Assembly (NCBI RefSeq): GCF_000485595.1
Contig: NW_014577068.1
Coordinates: 1,817-65,816, forward strand
Length of the DNA stretch: 64,000 nt
Direction of reading: 5' to 3'
Source of the DNA: Priapulus caudatus
Taxonomy: Eukaryota
Below, in pieces: positions 24,377 through 37,234 of this stretch; position 1 is the stretch's first letter, and every line of letters begins with the position of its first letter. The translations under genes were made by a program, and so were the position numbers. The notes beneath the pieces are model-generated. The model saw only the letters and a program-made list of their open reading frames with translations. It searched no databases and was not told where the DNA came from.

Positions 24377-26180
24377 TACACACGCACACGCACATATACG
24401 CACGCATGCACACACCATGATATTTACTCTGAGCACGACGTGCGAGTTACGCACTTCCCTCGCTCAAAATTAGCCAAGACGGGAGGTTGGCAACTATTGC
24501 GTACTATTGTATTGACTGCGATTAAGTATATTCGTTTGAAAATACCGCTCACGCTTTTAAAAACTCCATAAGAACAAATTGAAGCTTTGTATTCCGAATA
24601 TTTGTGCCGAAGCTTTCGTAACGCGACGGGTAACTATTGTTTGCTACAGTTTAACTGTTTTCTTCTTGTGTTCGTGATTTTTTACCGTTTAACTGGTTGA
24701 GTGTGTAACGGGTTAACTATATATGATATCATATTTTGATATGATGCTATGATCAAATTTGCAGATATGAGAGCTCGCCACGGAGATTCCAAATTAGAGT
24801 CGGCTCGACAAGGCATTATAGCGGAACTAGACATCAGGTAAACTAAATAACTTAACACACTCATTTCTTCTTATCTACCACCATTCCCATCTGTTTGTGC
24901 CGCTAGGAAACTATCCCAAACGTTCGTACTTATTAACTAGTGTAGAGTGCTATATATATATATGCGTTCCCCAGTTTATATACCGAATGATTTCACCGAT
25001 TATGTTCTTCATAGGTGTCGGAGGTGAATAAGCATGGCTCGTACAGGCCGAGGACTTTTGATTTCGACATCGCCACGATGATACTAAGCACTCCGGTGTC
25101 TCTCAATGCTAAGACCCAGTTGGTTGAAATGGCATCTGGCGGGAATCAGTACGATGGAAGAACAGCAACTGTCAGTGGCTGGGGAACCACTAGTGAAGGT
25201 ATTTATATAGCCGAGTACCTACTAACTCGTGTACTAACAATGGTATCGCTGTAAACGCAATTTTGGCAATTTTTTTATAGCATTTTCGGCCTACATTTCT
25301 AATTAACCAAGATTCGCGGTAGAGTCTAAAGTCGTTAGTAAAAAACAGATATCCTGTTTCCAATTTTTTCAGTTGCTTAATTGGTAAACGTTTTAAACAT
25401 TTATATGCTGTCGGTTTCCAACCTTTATTCACGGTTACATGAGATGATTTATGGCATAATGTAATGTGTTGATATTGTCAGGTGGAAATACCAGCCCTGA
25501 ACTTAGGTGTGTTGATGTTCCAATCGTAACGAACTCCGCCTGCAATGCTGCGTACGGCTCAATCACCAGCAATATGCTCTGCGCTGGCTACGACGCTGGA
25601 GGAAAGGACGCTTGCCAGGTATGTAGTCGGTATGCGGGCAGTAGCTATAGTGTAGTGTTACATCGTACGTATCTGTAACTCTGGTGTATTTCCTCATTAA
25701 AAATGTTAAAAGTTTGCCTCGCGTATCCAAGTGACAGTCCTTTCCGCTTTGATCTCACACTGGACCGCATAAGGAGATTTTATAAATAATGCGCATTGTG
25801 GCTGAACGACATTTTGTATCATCACATATTTCAATGCATATTTCGAGAAAATATTTATAATTATACGAACTACTCGTGAGTTTCCGCGCGGCTCACACTG
25901 TCGCGTTTCTAATCTGCTCGGCATATCATATTATGGTCATCCGCAGCGAATTGTGAAGAAAATATTACTAATGCTAATATTATGCCCGTGTTCACAGGGT
26001 GACTCTGGTGGACCACTGGTCATCAATCATTCCTGTAACTCCATGTCCACGGATGCTGACGGCGACCCACTCTTGGTGGGTGTGGTATCGTGGGGTTACG
26101 GCTGTGCGGCTGCGCAATATCCTGGCGTATATGCTCGGGTTTCGGCCCTCAGAGGATGGGTCGATTCAAATATGCATTAA
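21701..26180 (+). CDS. Trypsinogen (S1A serine protease), paralog 1. Exons 21701-21758, 22321-22362, 22952-23022, [His57 exon not seen], 24765-24837, 25015-25198, 25482-25618, 25998-26180
   Basis: Signal peptide [15 protein letters not shown], propeptide ending [13 protein letters not shown] (Asp102), GWG, KDACQ|GDSGGP (Asp189, Ser195), SWGYGC, PGVYARV. GT-AG introns have the same phases as paralog 2. Confidence 0.9.
23360..23627. repeat. Intronic minisatellite: TCATACCTG-anchored 20/26-bp subunits forming a ~46-bp higher-order unit
   Basis: TCATACCTGGTCAGGTTGTGTTTATA and TCATACCTGCCCGTGTTGTG alternate. Confidence 0.9.
24007..24202. repeat. Compound (GCT)n/(GAT)n trinucleotide repeat in a trypsin intron
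   Basis: Directly visible. Confidence 0.95.
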
Positions 26181-26980
26181 CCAAAAGGGAATGTGACGCC
26201 GGTGAGCTCCTGCCAACTATAATAATACGTTTGGATGATGGGTGGATTTATTTCATATTCTCCACATAGGCCTGGCTAAAAGATAATAACATTAACAATG
26301 ATCTTGATTAAAAATTTCGCGGTTTTGGGAAATAAGTTCCCCGGTTGGGGGATAACAAGTTTAATAAAAATTTCAAATAAAATTGATATTTTGCCGAATA
26401 TTAACGATTTCTAATTTATTTTCTTTGATCACCCATTGACTAATCACGACACAATAAATGTGGGAAAATATTCAAGATGGAAACTAATATTACGCTAATG
26501 TTATTTTTATCGTGAATCTAAAACACAGCAATATCATGGGATTACTGTTATTTCTTTATTTGATAGCCTCACCATTTAACACACAACTGTTGAATATATT
26601 TTTATATCTATCAAACAACATCTGCATAAAGACAATTGAACAACAAAGACATAAAAATATGTTAATTGTTATATATATCACGTTTTCCTTTAAGCAATTC
26701 TGTTTTTTGTGAAAGGATTATTGAGGTGTTTCCTCGTGGTTCTATTAATTTCGCATATTGCTCGGATAACATGAGTTTATATGTATTTTGTGATAGACTC
26801 GAAGCAATTATGTACACGCAATTATGTATTATGCAAGGTCTGGCAGAAATCCTGCTATTCGGAAACACTTGACTGAATAAGAAACGAATACCAGAGACAT
26901 ATTATGACGTATAGTATAACAGACACTATTTTTAATCACCCCCCCGCACGCACGCACGCACGCACGCACGCACACACACG

Positions 26981-27043
<63 letters not shown>

Positions 27044-27053
27044 NNNNNNNNNN

Positions 27054-27118
<65 letters not shown>

Positions 27119-27130
27119 ACGCACACGCAT

Positions 27131-28876
27131 GTCAGAGCGACAATGGAGCTGATCAATTCAGCCCCGCAGATGAAATAAACATCCCTATACATAACTGCCT
27201 GAAGACGAAGACGCGAATATAATATAATCAAATAGATGGATAAGCATTTTTAACCGTTTACCTATTGCATCTGTCAACCTGTATCATAACATACCTTAAC
27301 GGGGATAGTTTATAATTAACGTTCATAATTAAAAAATCGGTGATATCAGAGCAACCTGCATCCAGGTCTGTTTTAAAATTTTGTTTAAAAGATGGATAAT
27401 GTGTAAAAAAAACCAGCGTAGTCATTTTAACTAATATTTGTACCGTACCGTACCGTACATACTGCAAAATTTGATCCCACATTTAACTAGTCCGGGCAAG
27501 GGGCGGGTCTGGCGCGCGTTAAATCGTACCGTACAGACACACAATTCTGAAGAGTGCTAGGTTGCCACGGGTTGATTGTGCATGCTCAGTTTAGCTTGTT
27601 ACGCCACTCAGCAGACAGCTACTGTTTACTTTTATGTGACATAAATAAGGCTATAAGCATGCATATTGCAAAATAGCACGGGATTTGGCCTGCGTGTTGC
27701 GTACACACATAGTTTAGAGCGGGCCAACTTAGTCCAGGCTAACTTAGCCCTCCTTCATTTGCGAGGCCAGATTAGTCCGGACTAGCAAGTATTTAGAGTG
27801 GGATAGCGTGTACACACTGCAAAAATTTGGCCCGCGCTAGGCTCGGACTAATTTGATGTGGTGTCAAACTTGCAGTCTGTGTGGGGTATAACCTATACGA
27901 CACTTTCGTCTACATTCCAGTGAGCTAAACCATGTAGCAATTAAAATTGAATCTTTAAACTCCACCAAAAAATAAAACTATCGACATTATTTTTAGTGTT
28001 AGCGATAGCTATCAGATTAAACACGTTACACACTCCCTTGGATTTACTCCGCATGTTTTTAAGAAATTGTAGGATTGTATGTAAATGTCAAAGAAATTTA
28101 GGTACATACCTTAGTTTTCACATAGGCATAATCAATTGTTCACTTATAGGTGCATAGCTCAAGAAATTTGCCGCGTCTTAAATAACACAAAAAGTAACAG
28201 AGGTTACAACCAGATAGGTATATTTACTAGAGACGTCTAAAAACAACCCGATACTTACCAATTACATTATAATGATAGTTTAATATTCTCATTGTCGAAT
28301 TACTTCATGTAAAATGTATAACTGATGCAATATACAACTTAACAGACAAAAGAATATTCTAAAATCAGACGTTATCAAAAGAAATCATCAATTATGACAA
28401 ACACTATGAAAAATGTGATACAGACTTAGATTGCAATAGTGAAGGTGGGAATCGATTACATTTAATTGATGATAAACGGTCAAATTTCAATAATGCGCTG
28501 TGTATATCACTATAAGTTCATGTTTTGATACAGCCAGGTATAAGGGAAGTTATCTCTATTTCTAACGGATACTATTTCTACTACAGTGTCCCTGTTAAAC
28601 ATTACAAAAAAAACAGACGATTGGATAGTACTTTTGAGGCTACTAAAAGACTCAGTTGTGTTAATTAAATAGCTGGTGGATCATACCTGCTGTTTCCTGC
28701 TGGATATATTGCAACTAGGTAAAACTACAAGTCTTGTATAAGGCGAAGAAGCAGGCAGTCACAGGATAATCTTCTTTTATTCAATGCACAGTACAGTTAC
28801 AATCATCAGACGTATTCTCTATTCCCGTCTCTCTTTATACACCGCTACCCTTACCCCTCTGCCACCTACATTATAT

Positions 28877-28925
<49 letters not shown>

Positions 28926-29195
28926 TATATGTTGTTATATATTATTTATTTCATATTACAGCCGGACGAAGAGACGCCTTGTCACAAAAGCTCACATTTA
29001 ACATAAAAGACACCGTATCTCTGTATTTGTAGTTTATAAATTTATCGGTATTTTATTATCGGTCGGCGCAGTTATTAATGCCTATCCATCTATTTAATTG
29101 TTTATTTATTCGCGGCTTCGTCTTCAGGCAGCTATGTATAGGGACGGTTTCTTCATGTGCGGTGCGGAATTGATCTCAGAGACTGTCGCTCTGAC
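27131..29195. mobile_element. ~2 kb segment bounded by ~125-bp imperfect inverted repeats (old TIR element or two inverted repeat copies)
   Basis: 27131-27255 (GTCAGAGCGACA...CCCTATACATAACTGCCTGAAGACGAAG...AAATAGATGGATAAGCATT) is the diverged reverse complement of ~29072-29195; no TSD seen. Confidence 0.55.
27449..27889. mobile_element. MITE (Harbinger-like); a related copy lies in trypsin-2 intron 5 (~61495-61941)
   Basis: ~55-bp degenerate TIR (TACCGTACATACTGCAAAATTTGA... / ...TCAAACTTGCAGTCTGTGTGGGGTA); internal blocks AGTTTAGCTTGTTACG, CTCCTTCATTTGCGA and GGGATAGCGTGTACACACTG are shared with 61.5-61.9 kb. Confidence 0.7.
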
Positions 29196-29300
29196 GGCCG
29201 CTCACTGCGTCCACAGGTGATATTATATGAACAGTATGCAAACGCACGCACACACACGCAAGCACACGCACGCACACACACGCGCGCGCACACACACACG

Positions 29301-29359
<59 letters not shown>

Positions 29360-29406
29360 GCACACACACGCACACACACACACACACACGCACACANNNN
29401 NNNNNN

Positions 29407-29442
<36 letters not shown>

Positions 29443-29632
29443 TCTCTTATCTTCTCTACTACCCCTGACTAAAGTCACACAGTTACACAACGTGGTACTT
29501 AGCTATCAGCGGCCATCATCGTGTGGGAACCTCGTTACAAACAATGACAGCAGAGCTAGGTAACTAGGAGATGGTGAAGAGACAAGCAGCACGGGTCGTG
29601 GGGGGTAATTGATGTACGCCACTTACCAACAC

Positions 29633-29919
29633 GTTCTGCTAGCATCTATGACAAATACGACGTACGCATATACGCTCTCCTATGACGCTATTTGTCATAG
29701 GAAGATTCTTCCTATGACAAATATTGGCGAGTCAACTTCGTTCCGCTTTACAGCTGAAATTCACTGCTTACATGCGTTCATAATAGCGGTTCTAAGCTCC
29801 TATGATGCGCACAACACATACAACAATATTTGTCATAGGAAGAATCTTCCCATGACAAATAGTGTCATAGGAGAGCGTATATATGCGTATGTCGTATTTG
29901 TCATAGATGCTAGCAGAAC
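29633..29919. mobile_element. MITE with ~95-bp TIRs built from TATGACAAATA motifs
   Basis: GTTCTGCTAGCATCTATGACAAATACGAC... pairs with ...GTCGTATTTGTCATAGATGCTAGCAGAAC. Confidence 0.8.
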
Positions 29920-30234
29920 AGGCTGCACGTACACGGAGGTAGGTCCGTCATGTGTGTAATGGGATAAATGCGTCGAATATTATGTCAAAGTATACGCAGA
30001 TTTATATATACACATTATATTTATTTATTTATTTATTCATTCGTATGTTTATCATATATTATTACATATATTATATTACATTATCTCGGGCGTGGCTTTT
30101 CGGTGGACACGTGTTCTGCCTAACACGCCGGCCCTCTCGCCTATCGGTCCTATTGGTTGGTTTCGGACATTGATAGGTCAAGTAATAGTGGTCACTCTAG
30201 CGTCATTATGAAACGTTTCCAAGCCCATTCTCCT

Positions 30235-30430
30235 CGCCGCTGACTGGTTGGCAATACTCCTGGTTGCATCATCTCTGGATGCGTTTTACTATCCCTTGGA
30301 GTTGCTACTGGCTAATTATGTTGGCCACGTCTCTCATGAATGCTCTCTAGAACTAATGACTCCAATGGCCCTCTAAAGCTAATAACACCATATGTCTTCT
30401 CAAATGTTAACAATACCAGTTGGTTTCTAG
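30235..30430 (-). mobile_element. Possible degenerate 3' end of an RTE-type LINE
   Basis: Minus-strand translation gives HLRRH...LLALEG...FMRDV... and, in a shifted frame, IANQS, reminiscent of RTE C-termini; many stops. Confidence 0.35.
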
Positions 30431-30453
30431 TATCAATTATTTTAAGTGCATAC

Positions 30454-30599
30454 AGCCCGGCGCACACACACGTGAGTTATTTTACTCAAGTAAAATGACG
30501 CATGAGTCAAATTACTCAACGATAATCCGCCGCACACGTGAGTAAAATGACTCATGCGTCATTTTACTTGAGTAAAATAACTCACGTGTGCGCCGGGCA
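30454..30599. mobile_element. 146-bp hairpin MITE (Harbinger-like)
   Basis: GCCCGGCGCACAC...GTGAGTTATTTTACTCAAGTAAAATGACGCATGAGTCA pairs with its reverse complement at the right end; TAC on both flanks. Confidence 0.8.
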
Positions 30600-33500
30600 T
30601 ACGGACAATCTTATGCTCCCCGCGTCCCAAATTAAGTTCTCTACCGCGCGTGTGCTACTGTCGCTCTTAATCTACATTTCCACCTTCCTGCTATTAACTT
30701 TCGCTCGCGCCCTTTTTGCATCGCTACAATATGGCATATCTTCAGGCTTCACAGCCGGGTCTTCGTAGTCGGTTAACAGCGGGGATACCCCTACAATTAT
30801 TGTGCACTCGGTAAGATATTAAACGTCGACTGTTTACATATATCGCTACTCTCCTGTTCTAACTCTACTTCTTTACCTATTTTTTGCATACATAATGACC
30901 GCGTACCGACGACCGCAATACCTCCTAAAACTACGCGGCGGGTACTATGCAGTAGGCAGTTACGTATATTACATGGGCATATAAATTAACAAGGTGAATA
31001 ACATATGTTTAAGCCTCAAAACATTGTGCTCCGCGTGTTGGTCTAAGTCAACGGCGCCAGCAAAGTGTGCGCAACACGGCTGGGTTGGCAGAAAGAAAGG
31101 TCTGCTCACCAGCTGCTGATGCTGCCACGGCCCTTTACTTGTGTCCGTTGTATTCTTGAGTTTGCTCCACGTGTGGCTCCGATACCGTGGTGCCTGGACT
31201 AGTGGTGCCTCGCAACTCCGGACAAAACTAGGACCCAACGGACGCAGCGTGCTGTTGTGCGCTCAAACACACCGAGTTATGAACTTAAGAGACACTTAGA
31301 GAGGTATCAATTTGCGCTCCGTAAACAACATGATTGGCGACAGTTCAAAGTATAATTGTTGATTCACTTATGAATTTTTGCCGCATGATGAGAGCGCACT
31401 AAATTGCAGTTTAGCAGATATACTGGGTTCTGTCAAGGCACCGGACACATAAATTAAAGACTGATAGACGAAAATATAATATCAATTAACAAACGTAGTA
31501 ACATGATAGGAAATCAGAATGATTCTGAACTCGCGCACTAATGGCTTGCAGCCAATCCAGACATTGCGCATACTAATCCTCGAGATTTCTCGTTTTATGT
31601 CGACACTCGGGAAACTGGGGGAGCCTTCAGTCTACATAGGGATACAACATAACACCCTCAAAAATAGCGAAAACTAGGAACGAGAGCGATCAGTATTTTG
31701 GCGTGTTCCGTGGCCCAAAAAAATAAATTTGTAATCGGGCAAAAAGGAGAGAGGGCATGCCGCTTGTTTTTGGGGTCAAAAGCGTTCTTTTCTGATACCA
31801 ATAGAAATTACAGTGGCTGTGAAAAGGTTCACTTGTATAATGCCACGTGGTGGGAGCATAAGAAGATCTTGACGGAGTACTTAAGAAATAGACCTTGTAC
31901 AGCAGAAAGCCCACTCGTAATCGTGCTGGAAGAATACATCACATAAGCGAATTGTTCCTGTTGTCCAGTGTGTTGATATAAAGACAGATTGAACTTAGAA
32001 GAGACGTCAGACAGTCAGAAAAGATGATGAATGAGAGTACAGCCTAAAATTATGGACAACTTGGTAGGACCAATATTTGTGTATAAGTTGATTTTAACAA
32101 TAACGAGAAAATTATTGTCATAATGATTCAAGGAGTTGATTATTTGCTAGAAGAAAATTCCACACAAAGATAGCATCGGCGTATTTTGCTAAAACTCAGA
32201 ACGCAAGCCGCTGTGTGAACTAAACGTCAATAGAACAACAGGTATATCTAAAACACAATTATTAGTGCAAACCCAGGGTTTCTTTGACGTCTAGGAGTAT
32301 TATGAAAAGAAACTACGCCAATTGAAAAAAACACTCAAACCTTTACGCCTACAAGTACAAGTAACATATATACAAACATAGATCGAAGTAAACACGCAGG
32401 GCCGATAAGCAAGAAAATACGCTAAAGCTAAGCTCGCGTTATAAGGATTGATATAACTTTAAGTATTAAGCATACGTACAATTACATTGAGCTGTAGTAT
32501 TCTTTGACATATATGCGTACATGGCTTATGGCTTCAAACGCGCGCCAACCGGCACAACGGACACGCAACAATGTAAGCAAAAGTATTGGGCAACGTAGAA
32601 GCAAAATTACTTTTTCTATTGACTGCCCGCGGTTTGCTACAGATAGTGATCATAAACAACCATTGCAACAAAAAGGAAGAACTACAGAGAAGAAAGAAAA
32701 TTCAAACACGGAAAATAAGAATCGAAAAGAAAATCCTAATTAACCATGCCTGGGACATATGAAGGCTAACACCATGTCGCTAATCATATCAAAAAAAAAA
32801 GCCACAGGGTAACATATTTGCGTTAGAAAGAAGGTTAAAATAGCTGCCTTAAATCGATAATAACTCATATAGCAATCTACACGAATACCTCGTGTACATG
32901 TATAGAGATATGTTTAACATGTAACGTAATGAATCCACTGCAAGTGGCCACTGGCCAGTGCATGTGATGGTGGTACTGTGTAGTTTTTGCTTGCGTTAAT
33001 TGGTTACAAGGTGGTAGCCTCCTCTATTGCAGGCCTGTAGCCTTGCGTAGGTAAATGGATGAGTGCTTACCTATTCTGTCTTGCAAATAGTTGTTGGCTA
33101 CTACGTACGATGAGAGGCTTCCATTTTTAATCTGAAGACACTTAAACGTACGCGCCATATCGTGGCAACTTTCATAACGATCCCAACAAACATTCCTTTG
33201 AGAAGGTTCCTGATACCATATCCCTGTGCATTCCACTGTTTCGGCGTGTATGTGAACACATTTGGACTAACAGGGTTACTAGAATCCCACCACTCCACCA
33301 CAGAGTCACCACCGTAGACGTTAGATGAGCGCTGTCGCTCCGCGGCACTTGTTCACATTAAAAACATACGCGTCGCACGAACGAATACTACACGCTGCTT
33401 GCTACACACTGTACATGCGCCAGCGGGAACACATTTCAGGCTACCGTACGCCTGCGCAGGATTCTTCTACAAGCTACGCCGTGCTTCAACAGTTCTTTTG

Positions 33501-33655
33501 CCGCCTTATAGTGCCGAGAGCTCAGTTTATTTGTTACGGACATTTACGGTTTTCAGAGCCAAGTGTACTGATTTACTTGTTTATAACAGTGTACATAGAT
33601 AGCCCTTGAATGTGGTCTGGTAACATAAATAATGGACCTTTCTCTGTTTTTGCAG

Positions 33656-35688
33656 GAGTTGGTAGTTTCATTTGTAGATGACAGTCACTTTATTCTTGTC
33701 AACATTGGAAAGAGCACTGACACGCTACAACAAATGGCAGTGCTTTCTTCCGGCAAGGTAACTTTTGCTTCATACCAATTACAAGCTGCACGTTGCTTTT
33801 ACATGTTCTGTCATTTGGACACACGTCCGTTTAGGTGCTTCAAAATTATAATCAATAGCAAATATACCATTAGACCCTATTCGATGGTGATGGAATTATT
33901 AAAGCCGCACTATGCGCATCTACACGCTAATGTCTCCAGTACTAGACTAGCAAATACTTCGTGTTATGCATAATCACACTACCTTATGACAAAATAAACT
34001 CTAGTTCCTCCCATTTCACTGTGCGTTGTCTTATAAAAGGCATTTGAAAATACCTCCAATTTGGTTCAAATTCTCCGATGTTGTTGACACTTTCGCGTTG
34101 CCTTGCCAAGCAACCGCACAGCGGTGCTGCGGTACAGCGGTACGGGTGTAGCAAATATAAAAACATGTGACGTCACCCAACCGTTTCTTGGCGAAATGGT
34201 TTGGCAAACAATTTAGCGTTGGCGCCAGATTACCAGATTTCGCACCTCTTTCTTGTGGGTTTTAAGCAAACGCGCACTGAAATGGGAGGAAATAGTTTAT
34301 TTTGCTATAAGGTAGTGTGATTATGCATGACACGAGATATTTGCTAGTCTAGTACTGGAGAAATTAGCGTTTGGATGCGTATAGTGCGGCTTTAACTTGA
34401 AATAATGATTGAAAATGAAAAACACCTCATAGATTATAACACTTGAAGTATTGCATTTTGAAACTAATTTATTTACATTATCACCTAATTTTTGATTAAT
34501 GATAGTAATACACTATCAACTTCTATGACTTTACAGTATATATGTGATATTGCTTTTCACAGAAAAGGAAATTAAAACGGCAAAGAATTGAGGAAAAGAA
34601 GTCTCGGGTTAGTAACATAACATTAAATTAGTTTTTGTGCAATTACAAGAAATTAGTATTTAGTTATCAAATGTTTTATTTTGCACCATACATGCTCCGA
34701 TTTTGTACAACACTGTACAATACATGCAGTTATATCTGTTTACAATAAAACTAGGTACCTCTAATTACAGGCTCACAGGAGTTGGAAGTTTGATACTACA
34801 GAAACCGGTGTGGCAGACTCACAGCCGTCAACCAGTGGCACTTCTGCAGAGGTTTGTTTTTTGTGTGAAAATACAACGTATGTCAATTATGTTTCTCTTA
34901 TGATATTTAAACGGCATTATCAAACCAACTATTCAAACACATGTCATTGAAAAAATCAAATATAGACTAAACATGTTACAAAATTAACACCAGACACATA
35001 CACTGTTCACTACAGATAACTTACAGTTCCTAATCAATACTGATAAACATCACTTGTCAATTACGGTTAATTCTGTTACATATATATTCTGTAACAAAAT
35101 AAGTAAATAAAAATTATATTAAAGTTAGTTATTATAATTAAACAATTTCACTTTCAGGAGTATGTCAAAATGTTGCCAAGGTGGCAGCTGGAAAAGTCAC
35201 TTCTGGCTGTAACGAATCATGACGTCACCAAAATCCAGGAGACTGCGGCAGCGGCAGCGGCAGCGGCAGCAGCAGCAGGAGGAGACCCTGATGGGACGCC
35301 ACAACCACCAGCATTTTGCCAGTGTGGCAACTGTGTGGACATGCCCACACAGCTGGAACAGCTCTGCTGCAGGAAATCACGTGGGTTATGTGTAACTGTG
35401 GTGGCAGAATTTGCCACCATATGCCTGAACAGAGCTGTTTTAGCGGTCGCTCTGTGCTACAGAGAAGACTTGCTCTGTCTACCAGAAGCACGAACCAACG
35501 ATGCAATGCGCCATGCGGCGTATCGCCAGTTTGTATACTGGAGAATGGGTTCAACCGGTAAGGGACGAGTCGTGATACCATCATGTGTTGTGAATTCCAT
35601 TCGAAATTCTCATCCATCAGAAAATGATCATTATACCGGATTCCGTGTAGGAGCAGTTTCTACTATTCGGCAACATACTTTCGATTAA
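33656..35688 (+). CDS. Spliced gene ending in a P2X7 C-terminal ballast-like Zn-Cys domain (Kolobok KolX-type). Exons 33656-33757, 34563-34607, 34771-34851, 35158-35688
   Basis: Four phase-0 AG/GT exons join in frame (candidate ATG at 33734: MAVLSSGK|KRKLKRQRIEEKKSR|AHRSWKF...SAE|EYVKMLPRW...). The last exon has FCQCGNC...LEQLCCRKSRGLC...RHAAYRQFVYWRMG...IPSCVVNSIR...YTGF, colinear with P2X7 WCQCGSC...EELCCRKKPGAC...RHCAYRCY..WRFG...LPSCC..RIR...YSGF. Confidence 0.85.
33903..34391. mobile_element. Kolobok-type MITE (AG...CT termini, TTAA TSD) in an intron of the KolX-like gene
   Basis: TTAA|AGCCGCACTATGCGCATC ... GATGCGTATAGTGCGGCT|TTAA with ~125-bp imperfect TIRs. Confidence 0.88.
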
Positions 35689-36444
35689 GAATATACTTTC
35701 AACTAACGTCAACTTGTGTGGCAACAGTAAATGCTAAGGCAGATTCATCAGTGTTACAAGGCATAACGGTATCACCACTTGTCTTCACTTAGCAGTTGAA
35801 CCCATTCTACACCGACATGCTGCACAGCGATAACAGTTTATGTACGACTTATCGTTATCCTTTTCTAGATTATATACGAACACGATTTTATCTGAGAAAA
35901 TCAATAATATACAAATGTTAAATTTACGGGTCCTATCTGTCACATGTATAGAGTTGCGTGAAATGGCCATCTTGTCACGTGGTCTCGTTGTAGCGCCGTT
36001 TCCTGCAATTGATGTACAGATGTAAATTAGTTATATTCATGTCAAAGTAAATATTGCAGCATATTTATATAAACTGAAAACATTGTTTAGTAGCATATAA
36101 TCTATTTCTTTTAACGTTTGGAGTATATAATAATTACCATGGAATGTTTGCATTTCCAAATTATTATTTCTCAGGAATGTACCCTTCCCCTTGAGATATA
36201 TTGTTTGTTTAATGATTTTTCTATAAATGCCCTTTATGATATGTTAAAATCACTTGCATATAATTATATGGGTATTTTTTTAATTAAAAATTTAAGCAAG
36301 TTCAACTCAACTTTTCATTGCGTCAGCTAGTGCAATATTTTGTAAATATACATTTTATACTCACTACTATATATTCCAAGCCCAAATATACTACCTAATT
36401 AATTAGAAACACAACTTGTGTATAATATGCCTTTACTTGCCATG

Positions 36445-37234
36445 TTACTCGCTGTCATCAGTAGAGGATTCCTCTGTTTGTGCCATGAAGCCTGGTTCCT
36501 TACTATTTACACGTGCAACATAGGACTTGACTTCCGATGCCATGTCTTGCTTTCTTGCTCCATATCGTGTGAACCATGTCTGGAGCAGCTCCTCCTGGCT
36601 CGGCTTCGGCGCCGTAGCAATGTTTTTCAGCACACGTGTGGGATCACTCTCCATGAGGCCCGCAGCTTCCTCTAGTCTTCCACCTTCTGCGGCGTGTTCT
36701 TCACGTTTCCGCAGTACCATTTTCTGCAGTAATGGTATGTAGCTGAAGTGGTTCTTCACTTTGACGGGTCGCAGTCTCCACTGTTTTGTCGCTTTTGACC
36801 ATTGAGTGTGAAAGCTGCAAAAAGCATTTGTAAATAAAAAATCGTAAGCAATACATGTATGTAAAGCTGATAATTTCACAAGTCATTTATACTTTTTGCA
36901 TTTTAAACATGTTGTTAATGAGATGAATGTTCAATGTTAATGCAGGTTATACAGTTACACTATATTTGATTACATCTGTAAAACTGAAATCAATGATCTT
37001 ACCAAATGTATATATGTATGAATATTCGTGATTTCATTCAAGACTAGCAAAATATAAAGCATAGAAGTTGTTGAAAGTAAAAACAATGTTTGCTGTTACT
37101 CACTGAGTTGTTAGTAATGTATCCATATGAAAACTTGCATCAACTTCCCTGACTCGTCTCGAGCGTACTCTCTGTCATGATGAGCATTGTGGTCGATGGC
37201 TGCTATCCTGACACAGAGGTCGTGACCTAGGTAG
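36445..37234 (-). mobile_element. Kolobok-type transposase, last two exons (37234-37139, 36814-36445); upstream catalytic exons not seen
   Basis: YLGHDLCVRIAAIDHNAHHDREYARDESGKL(I) + FHTQWSKATKQWRLRPVKVKNHFSYIPLLQ...DPTRVLKNIATAPKPSQEELLQTWFTRY fits the C-terminal pattern of Kolobok transposases; convergent with the KolX-like gene. Confidence 0.72.

Noticed and set aside
31690..32460. Possible degenerate LINE ORF1-like sequence
   Set aside because: A-rich with many stops; no motif could be identified with confidence.
35170..35688. Annotation as a P2X7 receptor
   Set aside because: No transmembrane or ectodomain exons; only the ballast-like domain, next to a transposase.
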